DNA from: Candidatus Multivorans sp. | GTDB lineage: Bacteria > Acidobacteriota > Thermoanaerobaculia > Multivoradales > Multivoraceae | NCBI GenBank assembly: GCA_965247095.1 | Contig: OZ251997.1 | Coordinates: 2,595,689-2,659,688 of the forward strand | Direction of reading: 5' to 3' | DNA: 64,000 nt | Shown: positions 19,103 to 27,869 of the stretch, one piece after another | How positions within the stretch are numbered: position 1 is the first letter of the stretch | Layout: every line of letters begins with the position of its first letter | Translations under genes and position numbers: made by a program | The notes under the pieces: model-generated | The model's input: the letters and a program-made list of their open reading frames with translations, nothing else | Database searches by the model: none | Told to the model about the DNA's origin: nothing

Positions 19103-19864
19103 GTGCCCGAGGTGTTCCGGGAGCACTTCGTCAAGTACACGTACTTCGAAGGGCCGAACGGCAAGCGGATCCACATCCTGGCTTCGGACGGCTGGACCCG
19201 CGACCAGATCAAGCACGGCCGCAACGTGATGCGGTCCGCAGGAGGAGTCGGGTACCGTTGCGGCATGCAGGAAGCCAGCGAACGCCTTGCGCAGCAGATT
19301 CGGTTTCTGGTCGAAGCCGACCGCCTCAAGCAGGTGCTGCGGCGCACCTCCATCGTTGGAAACGACCGCCGGGAGAACTCCGCGGAGCACTCGTGGCAGT
19401 TGGCCTTGATGGCCCTGGTGCTGGCGGAACACGCGGCCTTCAAGGGGCTCGATCAGCTCAAGGTGCTCAAGATGCTGGTCGTGCACGATCTGGTGGAGAT
19501 CGATGCCGGCGATACGTTCGTCTACGACGCGGTGGGTGTAGAGGACCAGGAGGAGCGCGAGGAGCGTGCTGCCGACCGCATCTTCGGGCTGTTGCCGGAC
19601 GAGACGGGGGCCGAGTTGCGCGCCCTCTGGGACGAGTTCGAGGCGCGGCAGAGTCCGGAAGCGAAGTTCGCCAAGGCGATGGACCGCCTGCAGCCGATGC
19701 TGCTCAACTACGTGAACGGCGGCGGTGTCTGGCGGAAGCACGGCGTGCGGGCGGACCAGGTACGGGAGATCAACTGCTGTATCGAAGATGGCGCGCCCGA
19801 GCTGTGGCGTTACGCCGAGGAACTGATCGAAGACGCGGTACGGCGCGAGTACCTGGCCCCTTGA
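19103..19864 (+). CDS. HD-domain phosphohydrolase (YfbR-like 5'-deoxynucleotidase family); true start possibly at 19265
   Basis: ENSAEHSWQLALMALVL…VVHDLVEIDAGD (H…HD…D motifs); the last ~199 aa from MQEASERL match family length, so the first 54 aa may be an over-extension. Confidence 0.7.
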   Translation: MPEVFREHFVKYTYFEGPNGKRIHILASDGWTRDQIKHGRNVMRSAGGVGYRCGMQEASERLAQQIRFLVEADRLKQVLRRTSIVGNDRRENSAEHSWQLALMALVLAEHAAFKGLDQLKVLKMLVVHDLVEIDAGDTFVYDAVGVEDQEEREERAADRIFGLLPDETGAELRALWDEFEARQSPEAKFAKAMDRLQPMLLNYVNGGGVWRKHGVRADQVREINCCIEDGAPELWRYAEELIEDAVRREYLAP

Positions 19865-19948
19865 GGCCGCCGCGAGCCGGCCGCCACGGCCTGACCGGGC
19901 GCGGATGACGCAACAAGAGCAGCTATGACGCCGCAAGGAGGACGAACC

Positions 19949-20566
19949 ATGAAGCCTCGAAACTGCCAACGTCTCGCCTCGGTGCTGTTGGTCTGCGTGA
20001 TCGTTGTTGCCTGCGGCGCGGCGCCGGACGAAGGCGCTGGCGCCGCCGATGCGACCGAGCCGGCGACAAGCGAACTCGCCTGGGTCAAGAAGGTGATGGT
20101 CCACGGCGTTCCGATCCTGGCGGAGACGATTCGGGCCGGCCTGACGCCGCGCGAGATCATTCGGGACTACACCCGCAAGTTCGAGGAGGCCGGGATCGTC
20201 GTCCGCGACAACCAGCTCCACATGGTGACCCCGAAGAACGACTTCCCGGCCTATGCGACCGGCTTCGACGCCGCGAAGACCCACATCTCGATCGACTCCC
20301 ACGGGCAGATGAAGGGCGCCCGCCCCGAGTCGGTCGAGACCTACTTCGGCCCCCGGATCGGCTCCCTGGGCCCGGATTGGTCGAAGGAGATCCCGCTCGC
20401 TCCGTACCACCACTTCGTCATCGAGTACTTCTTCTACATGCCTTCGCCGGCGCCCGAGGGGCAGGACCAGTACCTCCTGTGGTGGGACCACGAGGAAGCG
20501 TTGGCGACGGAGGACGGCATCGAGTACCTGTCGCCGCCGCAGAAGGAACTCATCCTGGTCCGCTGA
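19949..20566 (+). CDS. hypothetical lipoprotein
   Basis: MKPRNCQRLASVLLVCVIVVACGA lipobox-like signal; no recognisable domain. Confidence 0.45.
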   Translation: MKPRNCQRLASVLLVCVIVVACGAAPDEGAGAADATEPATSELAWVKKVMVHGVPILAETIRAGLTPREIIRDYTRKFEEAGIVVRDNQLHMVTPKNDFPAYATGFDAAKTHISIDSHGQMKGARPESVETYFGPRIGSLGPDWSKEIPLAPYHHFVIEYFFYMPSPAPEGQDQYLLWWDHEEALATEDGIEYLSPPQKELILVR

Positions 20567-22045
20567 TCACACCAGCAACTTCTCCAGCCGCGCCACCACG
20601 TCCGGCTTGGCGGCGGCGATGTTCTCGTCCTCGAGCGGGTCCGCCTCCAGGTCGAACAGCTCCTTCTCCTCCTGGAAGCCGTCGACCAGCTTGTAGCGGT
20701 GGTCCTGGACCAGGCGGAAGCGCCCGCTCGCTGCGTTACCCGACTGGAGAGCGGAGCGGACGTACTCGCGGTGCTCGCCCGCACCGGCATCGAGCAGCGG
20801 GCGCAGTGACCGGCTCTGCATCTCCTCGGGAACCCCGGCCTCGCCATAGTCCAGGCTGGTCGCGGCCAGGTCCATCAGCGAGACGAGCGCGTCGCTGCGG
20901 ACGCCGCTGGCGATACCCGGCCCGGCCATGACCATGGGGACCTTCCATGAGGCCTCATGGGGCAGGCCCTTGCCCCAGTAGTCGTGGTCGCCGAGCATCT
21001 CGCCGTGGTCGCTGGTGTAGATCACGATCGTGTCCTCCAGTTCGCCACGCTCGGTCAACCGCTCCTGGTAGAGCCCGATCCAGCGGTCGATGTTCTCGAT
21101 CATCGCCGCGTAGTTCTGGCGGATGCGGATGTGATGTTCCGGCGTGAACGGAGACGGCGGCGCCAGCATTTGTCCAACGCGCGCAATGCCCTGGTAGTTG
21201 TGCGGCTGCGGGAAGTCCTCGATCACCCGATCCGGCCCTCGGTACTCCCGTTCCATGCGCTCGGTGATGTCCATGGGCGGATGCGGCCCGTTGAAGTTCA
21301 CGTGCAGGAACCAGGGGCTTCCGTCGGGGACGCCGTCGAGCAGCTCCATGCCGGTGCGCGCCGTGTAGTTGTCCTTGTAGGCGTGGTCGCCGATCGGTGT
21401 CGGGTCCGTCATCCCCCACCAGTTGACGTGCCGGGGAAGGCGCCGCTCGCTGATGTCCGCGTTGTGGATGTCCTTGAGCGGCGGGTCGAGCGAATCGAGC
21501 CAGAACCCGTAGGGCTCCGTGTCTCCGCCGTTCTTGCTGCCGGTGATCAGCATGTCGGAGAAGCCCCACTCCTCCATGTGCAGCTTCCCGTCCGGACGCC
21601 GGCCGTCGGGACCCTTGTGGAGATCGATCTTGCCGCAGCCCATCGTGTGGTAGCCGCTGTCGTGGAGGTGCTTGAAGAAGGTCGGCCGGAGCGCCGCGTT
21701 GTACTCGTCGCGGTTCCGTTCGACGGTGCAGTTCTCGTACTCCATGCCGGACGCCAGGCACGACCGCGAGGGTCCGCACACCGGCGCCGGCACGACCGCC
21801 TGGGTGAAGTCGACGCCCCGGGACGCTAAGGCGTCCAGGTGCGGCGTCGGCACCGGAATGTCCGGGTTCCGCCCCACCCAGTCGAACCGGTGCTGGTCCG
21901 AGATGAGAAGCAGGATGTTCGGGCGCTTGATGGCCCGTGGCCCCGGTGTCTGCGCGCCGCCGCAGCCGGTGAGAGCGGCCGCGGTTGCCGCGGCGCCGGC
22001 AGTCAGAACCTCGCGGCGGGAGAGAAGGTGGTTGCGACGGTTCAT
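20567..22045 (-). CDS. sulfatase with Tat signal peptide
   Basis: MNRRNHLLSRREVLTAGAAA (twin-arginine); LISDQHRFD, CGPSRSCLASG (C-x-P-x-R); ATG verified at 22043-22045. Confidence 0.85.
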   Translation of the reverse strand: MNRRNHLLSRREVLTAGAAATAAALTGCGGAQTPGPRAIKRPNILLLISDQHRFDWVGRNPDIPVPTPHLDALASRGVDFTQAVVPAPVCGPSRSCLASGMEYENCTVERNRDEYNAALRPTFFKHLHDSGYHTMGCGKIDLHKGPDGRRPDGKLHMEEWGFSDMLITGSKNGGDTEPYGFWLDSLDPPLKDIHNADISERRLPRHVNWWGMTDPTPIGDHAYKDNYTARTGMELLDGVPDGSPWFLHVNFNGPHPPMDITERMEREYRGPDRVIEDFPQPHNYQGIARVGQMLAPPSPFTPEHHIRIRQNYAAMIENIDRWIGLYQERLTERGELEDTIVIYTSDHGEMLGDHDYWGKGLPHEASWKVPMVMAGPGIASGVRSDALVSLMDLAATSLDYGEAGVPEEMQSRSLRPLLDAGAGEHREYVRSALQSGNAASGRFRLVQDHRYKLVDGFQEEKELFDLEADPLEDENIAAAKPDVVARLEKLLV

Positions 22046-22161
22046 GTCGACTCCTTGCCTGGCAGCTACGGCCTGTCTATTCTTGTGGGAACTTCCTACA
22101 ATGTTAGCAGGCGGTGGTTGTGTCTCGTTGAGATCCGACGCCGGCGCTGGAGGTAAGCGGC

Positions 22162-23634
22162 ATGAGCGACAAGAGCACCCGGCGCAAGTTCCTGCGCCAG
22201 TCGTCGACCCTGGTCGCCGGCAGCGGTCTGGCGGGTCTCGCCGCCTGTGCCGATCCGAACTCCCAGATACCGGCCGACGCCGCGGGACGCCGGCCGAACT
22301 TCCTGTTCTTCTTTCCCGATCAGCACCGGTACGACTGGATCGGTCTCGACAACTACGCAGTACCGCTGTCGACGCCGCACATGGCACGGCTCGCGCGGAC
22401 CGGGGTCAACTTCACCTCCGCCGTGTGCGCGGCGCCGACCTGCGCTCCCTCGCGCGCCTGCCTCGCGTCCGGCATGGAGTACGACCGCTGCGGTGTGCCG
22501 GACAACAGCTACGACTATCTCGTCGACCGGCCCACCTACTACGGTCTGCTCCGCGATGCGGGCTACCACACGATGGCCTGCGGCAAGCTCGATCTATCCA
22601 AGGGGAGCAGCGACTGGGGGCTCGAGGGAACGAACCGCGCCGACGCCTGGGGCTTCTCGGCGATGATCAACAACGCCGGCAAGGGCGCGGGCATGTCCTA
22701 CCTGCGGGAACCGGTCGGTCCGAGTGACCCGTACTACGGCTTTCTGGACGCTCTCGAACCGCCGCAGGGGCGGCTCTGCGCCGAGGACATGGCCCGGCGC
22801 AACGCCACCAGGCCGGAGGGTTGGTGGGGAGACACAAGCCCCTCACCCCTCGACCCGGACGCCTACTGCGACAACTGGCTCGCCCGCAACGGCCTCGACC
22901 TCCTCGATCAGGCGCCGGCCGACAAGCCCTGGCACCTGGTGGTGAACTTCGTCGGTCCACACCCGCCGATGGACATCACGCGGGAGATGGAGCGCAAGGT
23001 GCGTGGCCAGGAACGCGTCCTCGACGGACTGGGCCTGCCGCACCACTACACCGGCTCGTTCACGGCCGAGCAGCACCTGGGCTCGCGCCAGAACTACGCC
23101 GCGATGATCGAGAACATCGACATGTGGCTTGGCCTGTACGTCGACATGCTGGAGGAGAAGGGGCAGCTCGACAACACCATCATCGTCTACTCCTCCGATC
23201 ACGGCGAGATGCTCGGCGAGCACGGGCGCTGGGGCAAGGGGGTGCCGTACCGGGCATCTGTCGGCGTGCCGCTGCTCCTGGCGGGACCCGGAGTCCGGCA
23301 AGGCTTCCAGACTGGCACGCCGGTCTCGATCATGGACCTCGCGGCGACCTTCCTCGACTACGGCGGCGTAGACGTCCCGGGCGAGATGGATAGCCGCTCG
23401 CTCCGGCCGTTGCTCGAAGGCTCGACCGACAGCCACCGCGAGGTCGTGCTCTCCGGCCTGCGGGACTTCAGGATGGCGTGGGACGGCCGCTACAAGCTGG
23501 TCCGTGACTACGGCGACGAAGAGTGGCGGCTGTGGGACCTTCTGGCCGACCCGGAGGAGTCGCGGAACCTGGCTTCCTGGCAGCCGGACCAGGTGCGACG
23601 GCTGAGGGAGTGGTTGCCGCAGCGGCGCGCCTGA
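22162..23634 (+). CDS. sulfatase with Tat signal peptide (paralog of 20567..22045, divergently transcribed)
   Basis: MSDKSTRRKFLRQSSTLVAG (twin-arginine); FFFPDQHRYD, CAPSRACLASG; overall collinear similarity to the neighbouring sulfatase. Confidence 0.85.
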   Translation: MSDKSTRRKFLRQSSTLVAGSGLAGLAACADPNSQIPADAAGRRPNFLFFFPDQHRYDWIGLDNYAVPLSTPHMARLARTGVNFTSAVCAAPTCAPSRACLASGMEYDRCGVPDNSYDYLVDRPTYYGLLRDAGYHTMACGKLDLSKGSSDWGLEGTNRADAWGFSAMINNAGKGAGMSYLREPVGPSDPYYGFLDALEPPQGRLCAEDMARRNATRPEGWWGDTSPSPLDPDAYCDNWLARNGLDLLDQAPADKPWHLVVNFVGPHPPMDITREMERKVRGQERVLDGLGLPHHYTGSFTAEQHLGSRQNYAAMIENIDMWLGLYVDMLEEKGQLDNTIIVYSSDHGEMLGEHGRWGKGVPYRASVGVPLLLAGPGVRQGFQTGTPVSIMDLAATFLDYGGVDVPGEMDSRSLRPLLEGSTDSHREVVLSGLRDFRMAWDGRYKLVRDYGDEEWRLWDLLADPEESRNLASWQPDQVRRLREWLPQRRA

Positions 23635-23683
23635 GGGTCCGAGGGCTCGGTTCGATCCTGGGCCGACGTGTCCAGGTGGACCA

Positions 23684-23959
23684 TCACGGACCCGTTTCCC
23701 GGCGCCATCCGAATCTGCGGGAGGCGCGGATCTCCCGGAGTTCGGCGTTTGTTTCCTCTCTGGGCCGCGTGGGCGGTGCCTCGCGGAGGCGGGTGATCAC
23801 TTTCAACATGCGAAGATGCTCGACCTCGCTCAGCCGGTCGGCCCGGGCTGCGAAGTCGGCTACCGCCTCGCGGACGACCTGACTCTGCGGTTTGCCGAGT
23901 CGCTCTGCCGTGCGGCGGATGCGGCGGACCGTCGCATCATCGAGGGAATACGTGACCAT
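23684..23959 (-). CDS. ribbon-helix-helix (CopG/VapB-like) antitoxin-type protein; no toxin partner found
   Basis: MVTYSLDDATVRRIRRTAERLGKPQSQVVREAVADFAARADR… typical RHH N-terminus; the ORF-track frame extends far upstream only by overlapping the AKR gene in another frame. Confidence 0.5.
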   Translation of the reverse strand: MVTYSLDDATVRRIRRTAERLGKPQSQVVREAVADFAARADRLSEVEHLRMLKVITRLREAPPTRPREETNAELREIRASRRFGWRRETGP

Positions 23960-24003
23960 GACCACAACGCGGCAAATCCTGCCATAGCTGCCGGTGGATT
24001 CAC

Positions 24004-25050
24004 CTACCAGGTGAGCTGACTCTTCATCCAACCCGACGTGTTGTGGAAGTCCGACACGGCGCTGCCCGGCGGCACCAAGGCGTCGCAGGCGGCGGCGATC
24101 TCGGGGTCGAGCGTCATCTCCTGGACCGCCACGAGTTCGTCGAAGTGTTCGCAGGTCCGGGGGCCGATCAGCGGCGCCGTGACGCCCGGCTGGTCCTTGC
24201 ACCACAGGATCGCCAGTTGGGCCGGCGTGATCCCGGCCTTGGCCGCGAGCTTGGCGAACTCGACGCCGACCCGGACGGCGCGCTCGGTGACCCGCCGCGC
24301 GTAGTACTTGCCGAGCAGGTCGGCACGGGAGCCTTCGGGGTACTGGTCTGCATCGGCGTAGCGGCCCGCCAGCACGCCCATCCCCAGCGGCGCCCAGGCG
24401 AGGATGCCGAGGCCGTGCTTCTGGCACAGGGGGATCAGCTCGTTCTCGATCCGGCGGTCGAGCAGGTTGTAGGGCGATTGCTCCGACGAGAAACGGGCGT
24501 AGCCCTTCATCTCGCTGACCATCAGCGCTTCCATCACGCTCCAGGCCGGATAGGTCGAACAGCCGATGTACCGGACCTTGCCGGCCCGGACCAGGTCGTC
24601 GAAGGCGCGCAACGTTTCGTCGATCGGGATGCTGAAGTCGGGGCGGTGGGTCTGGTACAGGTCGATGTGGTCCGTCTGCAGGCGCCGAAGCGCCGCGTCG
24701 CACGCGTTGAGAATCCCGGCCCGCGAGAGTCCCTGCTCGTTCGCGTTGTGCCCCGCCACGTGCTCCGACCGGGCGAGACCAGTCTGTTCGTCGAACTGGC
24801 CGGGATAGACCTTCGTCGAGATCACGACCTCGTGACGCCGGCCGGTCTCCTTGAGCACGCTGCCGACGATCCGTTCGGCTTTGCCATCGCCGTAGATGTG
24901 ACCGAGGTCGATCAGGTTGACGCCGGAGTCGAGCGTCCGCTCGATGATTCGCCGCGCTTCGTCTTCCGGCGTCACGTCGCCGAAGTTGCTCGTGCCGAGG
25001 CCGAGCGGCGAGACCTTCAGGCCGGTGCGGCCGAGGGTGCGGTAGTTCAT
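24004..25050 (-). CDS. aldo/keto reductase
   Basis: 348-aa ORF; MNYRTLGRTGLKVSPLGLGTSNFG…LIDLGHIYG…IDLYQTHRPD…RYIGCSTYPAW, classic AKR. Confidence 0.9.
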   Translation of the reverse strand: MNYRTLGRTGLKVSPLGLGTSNFGDVTPEDEARRIIERTLDSGVNLIDLGHIYGDGKAERIVGSVLKETGRRHEVVISTKVYPGQFDEQTGLARSEHVAGHNANEQGLSRAGILNACDAALRRLQTDHIDLYQTHRPDFSIPIDETLRAFDDLVRAGKVRYIGCSTYPAWSVMEALMVSEMKGYARFSSEQSPYNLLDRRIENELIPLCQKHGLGILAWAPLGMGVLAGRYADADQYPEGSRADLLGKYYARRVTERAVRVGVEFAKLAAKAGITPAQLAILWCKDQPGVTAPLIGPRTCEHFDELVAVQEMTLDPEIAAACDALVPPGSAVSDFHNTSGWMKSQLTW

Positions 25051-25132
25051 TTCAGGGTGGCTCCTCTGTGTTCCGGGGCTGCTGCCAACGAGCTCGTTGG
25101 CAACAGGATTGTTGGCAAGACGAGCCGCCTTC

Positions 25133-25826
25133 CTACATGCGGTCCGCGAGCTGCAGCGCCGGATCGAACAGGCGATTCGGCGCCTCGTCCTCGCCCAGGA
25201 GGAACCGGATCTCGTCGTCGTAGCCGGTCATCTCCCAGCGGCTGAGCGAGATCGGGATGATGCTGCCGGCCAGGAACTCGTCGATGAAGTCTCTGAGCAC
25301 GAAGTCGTCGCCGAGTTGCATCGCGCGTTCGCGGAACAGTTTCATGAAGTGGGCCTTGCCGACCACGACGCCGGTGTGGAAGCCGGGGAAGCGCAGGTTG
25401 TTCGTAGATGCGCGCCTCCCGAGGGGCGGCCCAGATCGCGATCGTGGCGAGATCCGAAGCGCCTTCGGTCAGGTTGGACCTGGCCTGTTCGTAGATCTTC
25501 GGCACCGCTCGCAGGGTCGTCCGGTACTCCTCCAACTCTCCGTCGTCGAACGGCGGCTCGAGTTCGAAGAGGGTCCGGAAGCCCGCCATCGCCGGTCCGG
25601 CGCCGCCCTGAGACATCAGGTAGAACGCGGGATCCCGGGACCACGGCCGGGTCACCCGATGGTGGAAGTCGAGCCCGTTCATCTCGGCGCGGACCAGGTG
25701 ATGGTCGATCTGCTCGGAGACGGGCCAGTCGTCGATTTCGATGGCGGCCAGCCGCGCCTTGTAGTCCTCGAGCCCTTGGCGTTGCCGCTCCATCGCCTCG
25801 GCGGTGTAGTCGGACACGCCGCCCAC
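25133..25826 (-). pseudogene. DUF885-family remnant (N-terminal region joined by frameshift/deletion to the C-terminal ~80 aa)
   Basis: Frame A has a DUF885 N-region (…DPAFYLMSQ…EYRTTLRAVPKIYEQ…); near 25385 the sense frame switches to …NLRFPGFHTGVVVGKAHFMKLFRERAMQLGDDFVLRDFIDEFLAGSIIPISL…, the DUF885 C-terminus; ~300 aa of catalytic core absent; the ORF-track 'M' start is a GTG. Confidence 0.5.
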
Positions 25827-26166
25827 GATCTCGGGCTCCTGGAAGACGCGGAAGTCCTCGAAGAGCTGCAGGAGACATGCGGGCTCCTTCTCAGCGAAGT
25901 GGCGGGTCTTCTTGGCGTCCGAGAGGGCTACTCACTGGCAAGCTCCGCGATTGACAGGAGTTATCCATGAGGCAATAGTCAGTGTGTGCTCGGCCAGGAG
26001 ACCGTGCCCGGGCGTCCCACGTTGGGCATCGCCGACCTCCACCGCCGATGGTACTCCTCGGGCGGAGAGAGGGTGATACCGTGCCCGGCCCCCGGAGGGG
26101 CACTGACCTGCCGGTCACACTCCAGAGGCGATGGACGTCCGGTGCCCCGGACCAGGGTTCGCGGCA

Positions 26167-26934
26167 ATGACTAACTCCTCCCGGCCAAATCGCATTCGCA
26201 CACTGGCCAACGCGCCGATTCGCGAGGCGCTGATAGACCTCCGCTGCGAGTTGCCGGAAGGTCAGGACGCCGAGCTGTTGGCCAGATTCGATGCCGCTCA
26301 TCGGGGGATCGAGAGCGAGTTCCCCGAGAAGGGGAAGAACTACGCGGCGAGTGTTTCTGCCGAGTTGAAAGAAGGTACGGATCCAGCAGTTGCCGCGACC
26401 GCGGCGTTGCGTGGATACCACTTCAGGAACTCTCAAGGAGACAAGATCGTCCAGTTTCGCCTTGATGGCTTCACTTTCAACAAGCTGCGCCCCTATACGA
26501 AATGGGCGCAACTCCGGGCGGAGGCTGAGACTCTGTGGACGAAGTACAGGTCGTTGTTGTCGGAAGTTCGGGTTACGAGGGTTGGCGTCCGTTACATCAA
26601 CGAGATCCAGGTTGCCCCCGGGGTCGGTTTCGAGACCATCTTCGTAGAGCCCCTGAGACAGCCGCTGGGCTTCGGTCAGGGTCGAATTCGGCAGTCTTTG
26701 GAGCGACTTCAAATCTCGAGTCACGACGCCTTCGAGAGGACGATAGTGACCCGCCTAGCTAGAGAAGAGAAAGCGGGGTTCACTGTGATCCTCGATATCG
26801 ACGCCTTTGCCGTGGCGCCAGATGGGGCCTTCGAGGACTGCGAGGTGTGGGCGCGTATTGACGAACTTCGTAGCCGGAAGAACGAGATCTTCTTCAGCAG
26901 TTTGACTGCCAACGGAATCGAGAGGTACGCATGA
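26167..26934 (+). CDS. hypothetical protein, possibly TIGR04255 family
   Basis: MTNSSRPNRIRTLANAPIREALIDLR…RVGVRYINEI…; AT-richer than surroundings; stop overlaps next ORF (ATGA). Confidence 0.5.
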   Translation: MTNSSRPNRIRTLANAPIREALIDLRCELPEGQDAELLARFDAAHRGIESEFPEKGKNYAASVSAELKEGTDPAVAATAALRGYHFRNSQGDKIVQFRLDGFTFNKLRPYTKWAQLRAEAETLWTKYRSLLSEVRVTRVGVRYINEIQVAPGVGFETIFVEPLRQPLGFGQGRIRQSLERLQISSHDAFERTIVTRLAREEKAGFTVILDIDAFAVAPDGAFEDCEVWARIDELRSRKNEIFFSSLTANGIERYA

Positions 26935-27431
26935 GTCTAGTTGCCGTAGAAGCTCAGGATTGGGTGGGACAACTCGGGAGGCGGCGCTCGACGGCTGTTG
27001 GGCCGGAGGCGTTTCGAATCGATAGGGAGGAAGAGACTTCGGAATCAGCAGTCTCCGCATGGCAGTTGTCGAGACAGGATGCCAGGAGGAACCTGTGGGA
27101 GATCTTCGAAGAGGCGTCCGTTCCCGGCTGGGACGGTGACGATGCCAGGCCGCTCTCGCGCCGCGCGAAGGACGCCGTAGTCGATGCTCTCTTCACCCTT
27201 GCGCCCCATGTACCGATTCCCGAGATAGTGCCTGAGCCCGACGGTGGCGTGGCCATGCAGTGGTCGAGTGGCAGTACGCACTCTCTGATTGTGAGCTTCG
27301 GGCCGGATGGCGACCTCTATTTCGCCGTTCAGATTCCGGGTCGGCGAGAATCGGGCCGACGCCCTTTCGACGCCCAACTTCCCTCGGATCTGCTGGGGCT
27401 CGCGAAGGAGGCCGCGGCTGACGATCCGTGA
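26931..27431 (+). CDS. hypothetical protein
   Basis: 166-aa ORF translationally coupled to upstream gene; no recognisable motif. Confidence 0.4.
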   Translation: MSLVAVEAQDWVGQLGRRRSTAVGPEAFRIDREEETSESAVSAWQLSRQDARRNLWEIFEEASVPGWDGDDARPLSRRAKDAVVDALFTLAPHVPIPEIVPEPDGGVAMQWSSGSTHSLIVSFGPDGDLYFAVQIPGRRESGRRPFDAQLPSDLLGLAKEAAADDP

Positions 27432-27810
27432 TGGGGAGTCCGTTGCCCGGTTCCTCTACACGAAGAGTTACTTCTCCGTCGCCAAGAGGACGGTGAAGCA
27501 CGCTGCCTTTATGCCCCCGAGTGATCTCCGAACGTCGGTCTACCGAATTGACGGGCTGGATGAGACAGGGGTGCGCCAGCTAGCTTCCGAAACATCTCGG
27601 AAGACTTCGTTCAAGGGACACGGGGTTTTCCTGGCGGCTGATGTGCGATCAGTGTCTCAACTGGATGTCGTTCCCGAAACGAGTCAACATCCGCTTCACG
27701 CCGACATTGTGGGTTGGCCGACAGAACGAGAGAAGCGGATTGAACTCGCCCGCCTGCTCGCGGTCAAGGCTGAATTTGTACCGTCAGCGCCGGGACCCAG
27801 TTCGGCTTGA
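27427..27810 (+). CDS. hypothetical protein with unresolved start (possibly frameshifted continuation of 26931..27431)
   Basis: The frame starting 27307 is protein-like only downstream of ~27430 (DGESVARFLYTKSYFSVAKRTVKHAAFMPPSDLRTSVYRIDGLDETGVRQ…); no in-frame ATG near the junction. Confidence 0.3.
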   Translation, partial: RDGESVARFLYTKSYFSVAKRTVKHAAFMPPSDLRTSVYRIDGLDETGVRQLASETSRKTSFKGHGVFLAADVRSVSQLDVVPETSQHPLHADIVGWPTEREKRIELARLLAVKAEFVPSAPGPSSA

Positions 27811-27869
27811 CGGTGAGGTCGTGTACACGGCCGAATTGACTACCCGGCCGCGGGAGCACTGCTGCCGAT

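Noticed and set aside
18602-20491. 629-aa minus-strand ORF across amidohydrolase remnant, HD and lipoprotein genes
   Set aside because: Antisense high-GC artefact; plus-strand products have recognisable families
23684-24703. 339-aa extension of the RHH ORF
   Set aside because: The upstream 248 aa overlap the aldo/keto reductase gene in another frame and are R/P/G-rich; only the C-terminal 91 aa (RHH fold) look genuine
25979-26174. Several 60-77-aa ORFs in the DUF885 / 26131 intergenic region
   Set aside because: Short, overlapping each other on both strands, no RBS or motifs; probably promoter/intergenic DNA
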